Positions 10,488-19,223 of a DNA stretch of 35,617 nucleotides are shown here, in pieces. Numbering within the stretch: position 1 is the stretch's first letter; each line of letters opens with the position of its first letter. Origin of the DNA: a virus (taxonomy: Duplodnaviria > Caudoviricetes); IMG/VR virus record IMGVR_UViG_3300025390_000021, positions 1 through 35,617 of that record; one strand, given 5' to 3'. The position numbers were made by a program, and so were the translations under genes. The notes beneath the pieces were generated by a model. The model was not told the origin of the DNA, made no database searches, and saw nothing but the letters and a program-made list of their open reading frames with translations.

Positions 10488-10703
10488 TCACACTCCTATG
10501 AGATGCTTCAGCAATTGTTCCAGATATTTAGGGCCAAACAATGACACCGCAATTAAGCAGTACAAGATGTACTCAATGCGCTGCATGCGCTTTGAGCCTT
10601 CGTCAAAACGCTTTTGGATGCCAGCATAGCGCTCCGCACAAACCGCCTCGTGAACGCTCAGTTGTTTGTCCGTCTTTGTGGCGAGTTCGTGCGTAGCTTC
10701 CAT
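10488..10703 (-). CDS. Small holin-like / XhlA-like membrane protein
   Basis: HEAVCAERY motif, short coiled coil and one C-terminal TM segment. Confidence 0.6.
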   Translation of the reverse strand: MEATHELATKTDKQLSVHEAVCAERYAGIQKRFDEGSKRMQRIEYILYCLIAVSLFGPKYLEQLLKHLIGV

Positions 10704-10717
10704 TACCCAAACCCCAG

Positions 10718-11071
10718 TTAAACTGGATCGGTCACCACCGCTGGTTCATCAGACACAGCAGAGGCGTTATCAGAAAGAACCTCCACAGCGGGTGCTTCAC
10801 CAGAATCATCACCACCAGCATCAGCAGGAACGGCAGAATCATCGGCAGCGCTTGCCTCAGCAACTGGAGCATCAGGAACGGCGGCGGCAACTGGTTCAGC
10901 AGCCACAGTATCTGATCCAGTTCCGCTTGCATCTACAGGAGCCACCACAGCATCTTTTGGCTGCATGTCTTCGTACTTGGCTTTGACGAAGTCAAGGAAA
11001 CGATGAACTTCATCATTCGCTTGGCTTCCGAATTCAGCAACATATTGGCGAATATCATTCAAAAATTGCAT
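10718..11071 (-). CDS. Acidic low-complexity hypothetical protein
   Basis: 117 aa, Ala/Asp/Pro/Val-rich, GGAG RBS upstream. Confidence 0.65.
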   Translation of the reverse strand: MQFLNDIRQYVAEFGSQANDEVHRFLDFVKAKYEDMQPKDAVVAPVDASGTGSDTVAAEPVAAAVPDAPVAEASAADDSAVPADAGGDDSGEAPAVEVLSDNASAVSDEPAVVTDPV

Positions 11072-11087
11072 GGGTGGCTCCTAAAGG

Positions 11088-11336
11088 TTATGCCTCAGCG
11101 GGCTTAGGTGTAACGTCAGTCACTGAGGCGGCGGCTGTTTCGGCCAACGATTGCTTCAGCATGTTCAAAAACGAGTCACGACCAACCGAAAGTTGGTCGA
11201 CGGAAAATTTGGCAGAGTTGACCTTTCGCTCCAGATCAGCAACGTGTTCAGTCATCACTTTTTGCTGGTCGGTGAAGGTGTCGTAGTCATACTCAACGCC
11301 GTCGATAACGATTTGGGGTTTTGTGTTGTTGCCCAT
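11088..11336 (-). CDS. Small coiled-coil protein (possible tail-fibre chaperone)
   Basis: IVIDGVEY...TDQQK...HVADL plus coiled coil; AAGGAA RBS; downstream of a fibre gene. Confidence 0.65.
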   Translation of the reverse strand: MGNNTKPQIVIDGVEYDYDTFTDQQKVMTEHVADLERKVNSAKFSVDQLSVGRDSFLNMLKQSLAETAAASVTDVTPKPAEA

Positions 11337-11356
11337 TTCAGTTTTCCTTTTAAAGT

Positions 11357-11384
11357 GCCACCAAGATCGGGTGGTGGCTTCCCG
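11357..11384 (-). promoter_or_regulatory. Putative H-type RNA pseudoknot in the 5' leader of the 82-aa gene
   Basis: CGGG-AA-GCCACCA-CCCG-AUCU-UGGUGGC: S1 CGGG/CCCG, S2 GCCACCA/UGGUGGC. Confidence 0.5.
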
Positions 11385-11389
11385 TTAAA

Positions 11390-11743
11390 TTACGACTGAA
11401 CCCAAGGCAAGGGTGGTTGCGTAGTGGCGGGTGTAATCTGAGCAGCCAAGTTAGCGTTAATAGCAGCCTCAGTAGCTTCTTGGTTCACGCCGTTTTCCCA
11501 GCACCAGCCAACCACTTGGGCTTGGGTCAGGTCAGCGTAGGGGGTGAACGAGCCGCCAGCAGCAGGTTCAGGGAACGAGCAAGTGCCGTAGATAGAGTTG
11601 GTGAACGTCACAGGGGGTGTGGCAGTGTTTGCCTCAGTGCCCGTGCAGCGCCAGCCGCAGGTCAGAACGACCTCGCTGTAGCCGTTGATGGTTTGGGTGG
11701 ATGCTTGGAGCCAATCTATGCTCCATTGGATTTGTGCTGACAT
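11390..11743 (-). CDS. Tail-fibre-associated protein (DUF7936-like)
   Basis: W.I..L...VV.T..W....FTPYADLT..QV.GW....LPW pattern, directly after a fibre gene. Confidence 0.6.
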   Translation of the reverse strand: MSAQIQWSIDWLQASTQTINGYSEVVLTCGWRCTGTEANTATPPVTFTNSIYGTCSFPEPAAGGSFTPYADLTQAQVVGWCWENGVNQEATEAAINANLAAQITPATTQPPLPWVQS

Positions 11744-11761
11744 GATTAGCCTTTCAGTTGA

Positions 11762-13363
11762 TTAAGCAATGTTTGCCGCTTTGAGGCGGGAACGGAGGGA
11801 TTGGATTTCTGCCCACATCACAGGGATAAGGGCGCTTGCATCCATTTGTTGATACACGGGGTTGCCATCTTTATCAACGGCATCTTTTTCACCAGTATGT
11901 GCGTAATCTGGTGTTTCGTGAGCGATGAACATTGGACGCTCTTGTGTAGCGCCTTTCATCTTGCCCATGTAAACAGGCACAGAATCAATCAATGCACCAC
12001 TACCAGTTACAGGACCATAAATATCTTTTGCTCGGTAGTCAGAGGTAACATTGTAGGCAACAAGACCGCCAGCACGGTTATATGAAATTGTGCCTCTACG
12101 AGTTGCACTGGTTTCTGTATAAAAATCAACAAAAAGCGGATTTCCTGTTGTGGCGGCGTTCCACGCTACATATGTTGCTGCGGTTCCTGTTGCGTCAATA
12201 TTTTTGGCCCAAACTGCCTGATTTGATGAATTAGAAGTGCCGTCAGATGTAATCCGCCCATTGGCAGAAGTTGTCCCCACCAACAAAGTCCCGCTGGAGT
12301 CGAGGCGCATGGTTTCGCTACGAGTTGCTGTATTGCGCCAAATTACAGCCCCACCAGATGCTCCAACGTTGTCTGCGGCATAAAACGTAGTACCGCTAAC
12401 AAACATTTCATAACCATCAGATGATGATGATTGCGTCATCCGAATGTTTGGGCGAGTGCTGTTTTGAATGTGTAATCCAATACCTGTGCCAAATGTAGGC
12501 GAACTTGTCCCTAGTCCTAGGTTGCCGGAGGAGTCGAGGGTGGCTTGCGTTGAACCAGCGTATTGAAACTGAAGGTTACCAACTGAACGCTGAAAATATG
12601 CATTGTCCGCATTGATCGCCAGCAATGAAATAGTTTGGTTGCCACCGATGACGTTTAACGCTGCGCGGCTACTGGTGTTGGTGGTATCCGTGTTGCGAAA
12701 ATAAAAGTTTGACGTTGCATTTTGGTTATTCTGAACATCAATACGTCCGTTTGGCGAACTCGTCCCAATACCCAGACCTGTGCTGGTCAGGCGCATTAAC
12801 TCACCATTAACAGAACCATCGCTACTTGAAAGATAAAATTGAATCTGACCAACAGTAGAAGAATTTGCGCCCCATGCACCAAGCATTGTTGTGCTAGAAC
12901 CTTGATACGCCAAAATTCCACCAGTAGCATTTGCTGAAACTGCGCCAGATACTCGCAAAGAACCATTTGTAGATAGTTTTTCAGTAGCACTACCACCAAC
13001 AGTTAAGTTAGTCCCATCAAACGTCAGCGCAGCCCCCGTAGTAAGCACCTTAGAGCCGTTCAAATAGGCTACACCGTTGGCTGTGCCGCCAGCCAATCCC
13101 AAGTTCGTGCCGTCAAACGTCAGATTAGCCGAGCCAGCTAAACTGCCGGAACTATTGTATTGAACTTGCGTGTTCGAGCCACCGGCAATACCTGCACCGC
13201 CAGCACCAGCCAACACCTTGATCGCTGAACCAGTGTTGTAGTACAGCTTACCGTCAGCATAGTTGATCGCCAACTCACCCACAGCCAAGTTGCCCGTGGT
13301 GGGGACATTGCTGGCTGTGCCAGAGTTGAACAAAATAATCGGCGTAAATCCACTGGCGGCCAT
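11762..13363 (-). CDS. Tail fibre with C-terminal intramolecular chaperone (peptidase S74-like)
   Basis: Start MAASG (ATG 13363). N-terminal GELAINYADGKLYY anchor, [MR/AT]L[DT]S[ST]G..G.GT.S repeats, C-terminal TSDYRAKD...FIAHE...LIP..WAEIQSL. Confidence 0.85.
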   Translation of the reverse strand: MAASGFTPIILFNSGTASNVPTTGNLAVGELAINYADGKLYYNTGSAIKVLAGAGGAGIAGGSNTQVQYNSSGSLAGSANLTFDGTNLGLAGGTANGVAYLNGSKVLTTGAALTFDGTNLTVGGSATEKLSTNGSLRVSGAVSANATGGILAYQGSSTTMLGAWGANSSTVGQIQFYLSSSDGSVNGELMRLTSTGLGIGTSSPNGRIDVQNNQNATSNFYFRNTDTTNTSSRAALNVIGGNQTISLLAINADNAYFQRSVGNLQFQYAGSTQATLDSSGNLGLGTSSPTFGTGIGLHIQNSTRPNIRMTQSSSSDGYEMFVSGTTFYAADNVGASGGAVIWRNTATRSETMRLDSSGTLLVGTTSANGRITSDGTSNSSNQAVWAKNIDATGTAATYVAWNAATTGNPLFVDFYTETSATRRGTISYNRAGGLVAYNVTSDYRAKDIYGPVTGSGALIDSVPVYMGKMKGATQERPMFIAHETPDYAHTGEKDAVDKDGNPVYQQMDASALIPVMWAEIQSLRSRLKAANIA

Positions 13364-13364
13364 A

Positions 13365-13952
13365 TTAAACCTCAACTTTCATTTTTTGCCGTCTTGCTAT
13401 CCAAGACAATTTTACAGAGTCAGACAGTTTTTGCTTTGTTTCTTGGGACAACACTTTGCCTTTTTGAACCAAAGACATCTTTTGACGCAATTCTTTCGAG
13501 TATTTCATGCCTTTGTTTCCGGGCGTATTGCCCTTCAAAGACTCAGAAATTTTCTTTTTGGTTTCTTCACTTCTAGCTTTTCCAAGCCAAAATTTTGAAG
13601 GGTTGTTTTTTTTTGTTTCAGAAATGCGTTTTTTAGTTTCATCATCATGCTTTTTGCCAAAAAACGGATTCTTTTCACCAACCAGACCAGTTGCACCCTT
13701 GCCTCCATCAGCCACATTTGACAGATCAAATCCAAGGTCACGAAAGCATTTGATCAGAAACGCTTCGTGCTCATACGCCTCATCATGTGTTGGCCATGCT
13801 GCCAACAACTCAACTTTGAAATCGCCATGTTTGTCAACAATGAAATTCCAGTGCCGATTGCGACCACGACGACTGTGCGCTCGATGACGAGTACCTTTGC
13901 CGATGTAGAACATCGTGCCGTCTGGTTTGTAATGAGCGTATGTGTAGTACAT
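13365..13952 (-). CDS. Free-standing GIY-YIG homing endonuclease with NUMOD3 repeats
   Basis: YYTYAH...FYIGKG...R, E...E..LI, N..DGG, then NPFFGKKH.DETK.RIS and SEETKKKIS repeats. AT-rich; TAATG coupling to the upstream fibre gene. Confidence 0.85.
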   Translation of the reverse strand: MYYTYAHYKPDGTMFYIGKGTRHRAHSRRGRNRHWNFIVDKHGDFKVELLAAWPTHDEAYEHEAFLIKCFRDLGFDLSNVADGGKGATGLVGEKNPFFGKKHDDETKKRISETKKNNPSKFWLGKARSEETKKKISESLKGNTPGNKGMKYSKELRQKMSLVQKGKVLSQETKQKLSDSVKLSWIARRQKMKVEV

Positions 13953-16900
13953 TAGAAAGTGCCACCGTTGATGCCACCTGTGATGGCATTATTGGTGTAA
14001 TTGTATGTCAGGGATGCGTTTATGTTGGTTGCAGAATTACCGCTGGATACAGGGCCGAAGTGTAAATAATTTGTCGATCCTGATCCAGTTGTAATCGCCA
14101 CGTTCGTCGCATTTGTTGCGGTTCCCGCGGTCGCCGCATTCAAGTTCGCCACTTGAGTCGTGCTGGCCACCGTGAAGGGCGCTGTGCCCGTTGCAACAGT
14201 CGATGTCAACTGCCCCGACATGTTCAATGTCGTCACACCTTGGATGTAGCTGCTGGCCAAGTTCAACCCAGCCGTGCCCCATGTGATTAAGCCAGTTGCG
14301 CTGTTGCCGGGAGGCAAGATATAGCCCGCCCAGTTGCCAGTTGCAGCACTGTTCGAAAGCGAATAAATCCAACCAGCACCACCGGGGACAGCAGTCGCCA
14401 ACGTGTTGCCTGCACTGTCTTGAACAGTCACGTTGGCAGATGAGTCATTGTCAACGATGTAGCCCAAACCAGCCGGGACGGTAGTCTCATCAGGGAACTT
14501 GAGGGTCTGAGTCGTTGTGCCGCTGAAGTGCTGATAACGGGTCGATGCAGCCGTCAGCGTGGTTGTTCCTGCGGCGGTGACCGTGTTCGTGTAGCCGGGA
14601 GCCTCATTGTTGTAAATGATGTTGGCATTTGCATCACGCAGCACCACAGAGTTGGCACCGCTTGACGATGTCACGCCAGTACCACCATTGGCCACTGCCA
14701 ACGTACCAGCCACAGTAATCGCACCCGAGGTCGCAGTCGATGGAGTCAATCCGGTTGTGCCAAAACTGAGTGTGGTCACGCCAATGCTCGACAGATTCGA
14801 CCATGTAGGTGCGCCAGTACCGCCGGAGGTCAACACTTGGCCGCTTGACCCTGCCGAAGAAATGGCAAGAGCCGATGCACCTGAGTAAACAATCCCGCCT
14901 GCCGTTGCGGTCAGATTAGCATTCGTGCCGCCACTGGCCAAGGCCAAAGTGCCTCCCAGAGTGATTGCGCCAGCCGTAGCAGTCGACGGTGTCAAGCCAG
15001 TTGTACCAGCGCTGAATGTCGAAACAAAGTTGCCAGACAAAGCACTTGTCGGGATCGTTGTAGAGGCCGTTACAGCGCTTGTGCCGTTGGCATACATGTA
15101 ACCAGTCAAGCCGGTCACGATAAGGCTGCTGAAGGCCTCTGTAGAGCCTCCCAGAACCTTTTCCCAAGCGCTGGTGGTTCCGTTAAAGATTGCCCAGTCA
15201 CCGACCGACCACAGCGAGATGCCGTTCAATGTTGTCGTACCGGCAGTTGACACGATGTAGTAGTTGTTGTTCGTGCCCACGCTCGATGTCAGTGTCGGCG
15301 TGTTGGTTGAGGCGTTCCATGTGCCTTGGTAAGCGGGTGAATTCAAAGCGTTGGTGCTGATCGACGTGATCTGACCTTGTGCATTGACCGTCAAAGTCGG
15401 GATTGACGTTGCAGAACCATACGTTCCTGCACTTACACCAGTGTTTGAAATTGCAATCGTGACTGGCGTTGAACCGTTAAATGATGTGCCAGAAAGACCA
15501 GTTCCAATCGTTAGAGCAGATGTGGTGCTGGCCGTAATCGTGGTCGATCCACCCAAACTGACTGTATTGCCGTTTATGGTGATGCTGCTATTTGCCAAAT
15601 AACTGTTGGTAATTGCAGTGCCATTCCACACGCCGGTGGTGATCGTGCCAACTGTCGTCAGGCTTGTTGAGCCAGCCAACGGCGATGCGCCAATCGTGTT
15701 GTAGGACAACGTCACAGCAGTTGCGCCGTTGAAAGTTGTACCAGATGCAGCACCAGTCCCGCTGCTATTCATAGTCAAAGCGGCTGTGGTGCTGGCCGTA
15801 ACGGTTGTTGAACCACCAAGGCTGACTGTGTTGCCGTTGATGGTAATAGAACTATTTTGTAGACCGCTGTTTTGGATTGCAGAGTTGATTGCCGAGGCAG
15901 GAATGCTGATTGTTGCATTTGCCGCGGTTGTCAGTTGACCTTGGGCGTTTACTGTAAAAGTCGGAACAACAGAAGCTGAACCGTAAGATCCGGCCGTCAC
16001 AGCCGTATTGGCAAGCGCAATCGTTACTGGAGTTGATCCATTGAACGAACCGCCAGACAAACCGGTGCTAATTGTCAATGGGCTTGTAGTAGCGGCGCTG
16101 ACGGTGGTCGAACCGCCTAAACTGACCAAGTTTCCGTTAATTGTGATCGAACTGTTGGCCAACTGAGCATTCGTGACCGTGCCAGACAATGCCGTGGTGG
16201 GAACGGTGGTCGAGGCAGTCATTACCCCAGTTCCGTTGCCATAAACGTATCCAGTTAAACTGGATGCACCAGTACCGCCGCTACCTGCACTCAGGGTTCC
16301 GCCGAGGACAATACCGCCCGCGGTGGGTGTTGCAGGGGTCAGGCCTGTCGTTCCACCGCTGAATGTCGTAACACCTGAGCCAGACACCACAGCACCCCAT
16401 CCAGAAGCCGTATAAGCCTCCAAGCTGGCGATGTCGGTGTTATATCGGAAAGCGCCATAAGAGGGTGAGCCGCGCTGCGATGTCGTGCCAGAAGGCAGTT
16501 GAACAAATGAATTACCCGGCAGGGTGGGGTTCGATGCCAATCCAACCGTTGGAGAGCCGCCTGAAGCATTGCCGTTTGTCACAGCAATCTGGCTGGATGT
16601 GCCTTGAAGCGTAAACACGCCCACGGATGTGCCGTTGATCGACAGAATGCCTGTGCCGGACGTGCTGGCAAAGTTTTGTAAGGTGGCGTTCAAACCAACT
16701 GTAGGATTGCCAGCCGTGCCATCGGCGTTGGCAATAGTCAGGCCTGTGCCGACCGCAATTGCGGTGTTGCTGACCGTTGTAGGGCCGGTCTTGACGATCA
16801 ATCCATTGGATGCGCCGTCCAAAGATTGAGCAGCGCCGGTCAAATTGATTTGTAAGCTGCTACCAACACCGTTGTCCGTCAAAGACAAGCCAGACCCAGT

Positions 16901-17089
16901 AGTCAAATACCGTGCTTGAGTGAGGCCAGACGTGCCGCCAACAGTCAAAAATGGATAGTTCAACGCACCGGCGCCAGAAATAGCACCGGTGGTGGTTTGT
17001 ACTGTCACCCCATTTTGGACAATTGGAACAGACTCAGTGCCTTGTAGTGCCTGCGCCTGTGGGAGTTCGGTGATCGAAACTTGTGCCAT
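13952..17089 (-). CDS. Long repetitive tail fibre / spike protein
   Basis: Start MAQVSITELP (ATG 17089), 1045 aa, G/T/S-rich. Contains LPSGTTSQR..G.FRYNT, YQGTWNASTNTP..GDW and many repeats; ends GGINGGTF. Confidence 0.8.
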   Translation of the reverse strand: MAQVSITELPQAQALQGTESVPIVQNGVTVQTTTGAISGAGALNYPFLTVGGTSGLTQARYLTTGSGLSLTDNGVGSSLQINLTGAAQSLDGASNGLIVKTGPTTVSNTAIAVGTGLTIANADGTAGNPTVGLNATLQNFASTSGTGILSINGTSVGVFTLQGTSSQIAVTNGNASGGSPTVGLASNPTLPGNSFVQLPSGTTSQRGSPSYGAFRYNTDIASLEAYTASGWGAVVSGSGVTTFSGGTTGLTPATPTAGGIVLGGTLSAGSGGTGASSLTGYVYGNGTGVMTASTTVPTTALSGTVTNAQLANSSITINGNLVSLGGSTTVSAATTSPLTISTGLSGGSFNGSTPVTIALANTAVTAGSYGSASVVPTFTVNAQGQLTTAANATISIPASAINSAIQNSGLQNSSITINGNTVSLGGSTTVTASTTAALTMNSSGTGAASGTTFNGATAVTLSYNTIGASPLAGSTSLTTVGTITTGVWNGTAITNSYLANSSITINGNTVSLGGSTTITASTTSALTIGTGLSGTSFNGSTPVTIAISNTGVSAGTYGSATSIPTLTVNAQGQITSISTNALNSPAYQGTWNASTNTPTLTSSVGTNNNYYIVSTAGTTTLNGISLWSVGDWAIFNGTTSAWEKVLGGSTEAFSSLIVTGLTGYMYANGTSAVTASTTIPTSALSGNFVSTFSAGTTGLTPSTATAGAITLGGTLALASGGTNANLTATAGGIVYSGASALAISSAGSSGQVLTSGGTGAPTWSNLSSIGVTTLSFGTTGLTPSTATSGAITVAGTLAVANGGTGVTSSSGANSVVLRDANANIIYNNEAPGYTNTVTAAGTTTLTAASTRYQHFSGTTTQTLKFPDETTVPAGLGYIVDNDSSANVTVQDSAGNTLATAVPGGAGWIYSLSNSAATGNWAGYILPPGNSATGLITWGTAGLNLASSYIQGVTTLNMSGQLTSTVATGTAPFTVASTTQVANLNAATAGTATNATNVAITTGSGSTNYLHFGPVSSGNSATNINASLTYNYTNNAITGGINGGTF
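14680..16380 (-). repeat. Repeat units within the long fibre
   Basis: 3x NSSITINGN.VSLGGSTT; 2x G.YGSA...PT.TVNAQGQ; 3x V.T.S.GTTGLTP.T.T.G.I...GTL....GGT; 2x LTGY.Y.NGT...TASTT.PT.ALSG. Confidence 0.85.
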
Positions 17090-17090
17090 A

Positions 17091-17432
17091 TCAGGGTTGC
17101 AATCCAATAATTTGTTGATTCCCGTCCTGTGATGGCGTCTGACCGCTTTGCTCAGTGCTTAAGACTTCACCGCCGTATGGCACAGTCACGATGTCATTCG
17201 GATCAACCGCCACACTAACGTCTGGACGTGGGTATTGTAGAGTGATCCGCTCAGTTTTCCTAGCGGGAAGACGGTATGGATCTTTCTCATCTGCACACCC
17301 TTGTTGACACACTTTGAGGCCACTAAAATTTGGATCAGGCATTGCTTCAATGATGGGTCTTTTCATTTTGCAACGATCGCAGATGAAGATTGCAATTGAT
17401 GCATTCCCACGCGTGTCAAGAAATCTTGGCAT
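17091..17432 (-). CDS. Cys-rich putative Zn-binding neck-region protein
   Basis: CDRC...C...C...DP...PRPD pattern; TGATG coupling with the HNH gene. Confidence 0.7.
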   Translation of the reverse strand: MPRFLDTRGNASIAIFICDRCKMKRPIIEAMPDPNFSGLKVCQQGCADEKDPYRLPARKTERITLQYPRPDVSVAVDPNDIVTVPYGGEVLSTEQSGQTPSQDGNQQIIGLQP

Positions 17433-18100
17433 CAGTGAGTCCTTCCTTGAGACTCAAGTGTCGCACGGCGTGCAGCAACCCGCTTGGCAATTTGCTCTGG
17501 GGTCTGCTTGCGGCCCTTTGCTTTTTTCCCGCCAGCGATGCAGGCTTCAATTGATGGTGGCTTTGAGTTCTTAGCGTATGGACGAGGGACGCCCTTCATT
17601 TTGGCGGATTTTTTTGCTTGCGCTTCTGGTGTCCATGCCAATTGTCTGTTTGCATGAAGAACCGCCAATTGCGCCTGATTAGGCTTTCGCCCTAAATTTG
17701 CCTGTCGAGTCTTTTCTACAGCCTCTGGAGAAGCAGGTACCCCCTTCTTTGCCGCCGAAATCTTTGCTCGTGTTTCTTCGCTCTTGGCAACACCTTTGAA
17801 ACGCTTGCTCGTTTCTTTTGCGACCTCACGACGCGCAACTTCGTACAGTCTTGAGTTGATGTAGAAGTCGTCGTTTCCACGCATGCGCTTGATGGAACAC
17901 CATTGGTTCCCGCCGTGCAATTTCGCCAAAAGAAAGTGAGCGACAAAATGCTCTCTGGCAGTCAGATCAACAAGGTTGGACGAGTCGTTAGACCCTCCCA
18001 ATGACTTTGGAACGATGTGATGGCGTTCTTTGTAGCCCTCAATTGAGGGCCGTGCTCTGCACTTGGCGATCAAGTCGTCATAGATTTTCTGGTAATTCAT
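17432..18100 (-). CDS. Free-standing HNH homing endonuclease with NUMOD3-like tail
   Basis: MNYQKIYDDLI...ERHHIVPKSLGGSNDSSNLVDLTAREHFVAH, then KSEETRAKIS and QTPEQIAKR repeats. Start could alternatively be 18130. Confidence 0.88.
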   Translation of the reverse strand: MNYQKIYDDLIAKCRARPSIEGYKERHHIVPKSLGGSNDSSNLVDLTAREHFVAHFLLAKLHGGNQWCSIKRMRGNDDFYINSRLYEVARREVAKETSKRFKGVAKSEETRAKISAAKKGVPASPEAVEKTRQANLGRKPNQAQLAVLHANRQLAWTPEAQAKKSAKMKGVPRPYAKNSKPPSIEACIAGGKKAKGRKQTPEQIAKRVAARRATLESQGRTH

Positions 18101-18144
18101 GTCTTGTACACAGTAATGATTGGAGTTCATAGTATATCCAATTA

Positions 18145-19215
18145 TTAGCGTGTATACACACCAATCGCCGGAGCAAAATATATGGGCGAACGGTCGCGGT
18201 TCTCATTCTCCATCATGATGAACAGCTTCTCAGCTTGTGTCTCAAGATATTGAATGCGAGGCACATCCACACCGGGCAAAATCATCGACATTTGGTGCGC
18301 CAACATGGTCTGAATAGCCATTTGGGCGTACTGAGGAATCTCAATCTGGCCAGACAAATCACCCACATCCATGATCTGGCGTGAATACCACACCACCATC
18401 TGCTCAAATGGGTCACTTGGCGTTGGCCACAGCGTGATCTTGGCTTGAGGGATCGTGCGGTTCAGCCAGAACTGGTACGGCTGGTTGGCCGTGAAGTTCT
18501 TGTTGGGCAAGTTCGTGTAATCATCACGGTTCAAACGTGCCATCGTGATTTCTGTGGAGTTGTTGCCCACAAAAAACTCAGCCACGCTCAAAGTATTGCC
18601 ACCAGTTTCACGCATACGGTAATACTGGCATGTCACGCCGGGGTCAATGTCGTACCAAAGCCACTGGCCGCTGACCCATGTGGTCACGCCAGTGTCTTCC
18701 AGCAGATTCCATGTGGCGCCGTCATTCGACCATTCCAAATAAATGTGGAACTGGCCAGAAGTGGCAGGCAAGATACCAATCGAACCCGCATAAATGGGGT
18801 TGTTGCTACCGTAGTTGATGCCAATGTAGCCGTTCGGCGATGTCTGGGTGTCGGCAGTCAGCACATTGTTGTCAAACGCAAGGCCAACAACACCGGATGA
18901 GCCGAAGTATCCGCCGTATTGGGCAGGCGTAGGGCGGTTTAAACGGCGATACAGCGCGTTTAAAACGTCATTACCACCCACAGGTAGCAGATACTCAAAT
19001 TGGTCGGCGTTAAAGCCGTAAACCTTCTTGTCAATGGCCCAATAGTTGATGCCTTGATTGATCAAGTTGCTCAGAACGTAGTACAAGGCCTGTTTAGAGG
19101 CCTGAATTTGCTCGACAGTCAACTCTTCGGCCAATTTGCCCGACATCCGGGCGCCTTGGTCGATCATTTGTTGGGTCGTAACGACCGTTTGTCCTACTGT
19201 TCCGCTGTAAGCCAT
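18145..19215 (-). CDS. Head-tail adaptor/neck protein with inserted discoidin (F5/8-C)-like domain
   Basis: Helical N-terminus (L...L.N.GINYW), RDDYTNLPNK..QPYQFW..R, LWPTP. Central AFDNN...I.YG...EWSNDGATW...YYRMR insert. Confidence 0.6.
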   Translation of the reverse strand: MAYSGTVGQTVVTTQQMIDQGARMSGKLAEELTVEQIQASKQALYYVLSNLINQGINYWAIDKKVYGFNADQFEYLLPVGGNDVLNALYRRLNRPTPAQYGGYFGSSGVVGLAFDNNVLTADTQTSPNGYIGINYGSNNPIYAGSIGILPATSGQFHIYLEWSNDGATWNLLEDTGVTTWVSGQWLWYDIDPGVTCQYYRMRETGGNTLSVAEFFVGNNSTEITMARLNRDDYTNLPNKNFTANQPYQFWLNRTIPQAKITLWPTPSDPFEQMVVWYSRQIMDVGDLSGQIEIPQYAQMAIQTMLAHQMSMILPGVDVPRIQYLETQAEKLFIMMENENRDRSPIYFAPAIGVYTR

Positions 19216-19223
19216 TGGTTACC

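Noticed and set aside
11762-13363. Diversity-generating retroelement target, suggested by the Mtd-like N-terminal anchor
   Set aside because: No reverse transcriptase or template/variable repeat pair is visible in the window, and the C-terminus is S74-like.
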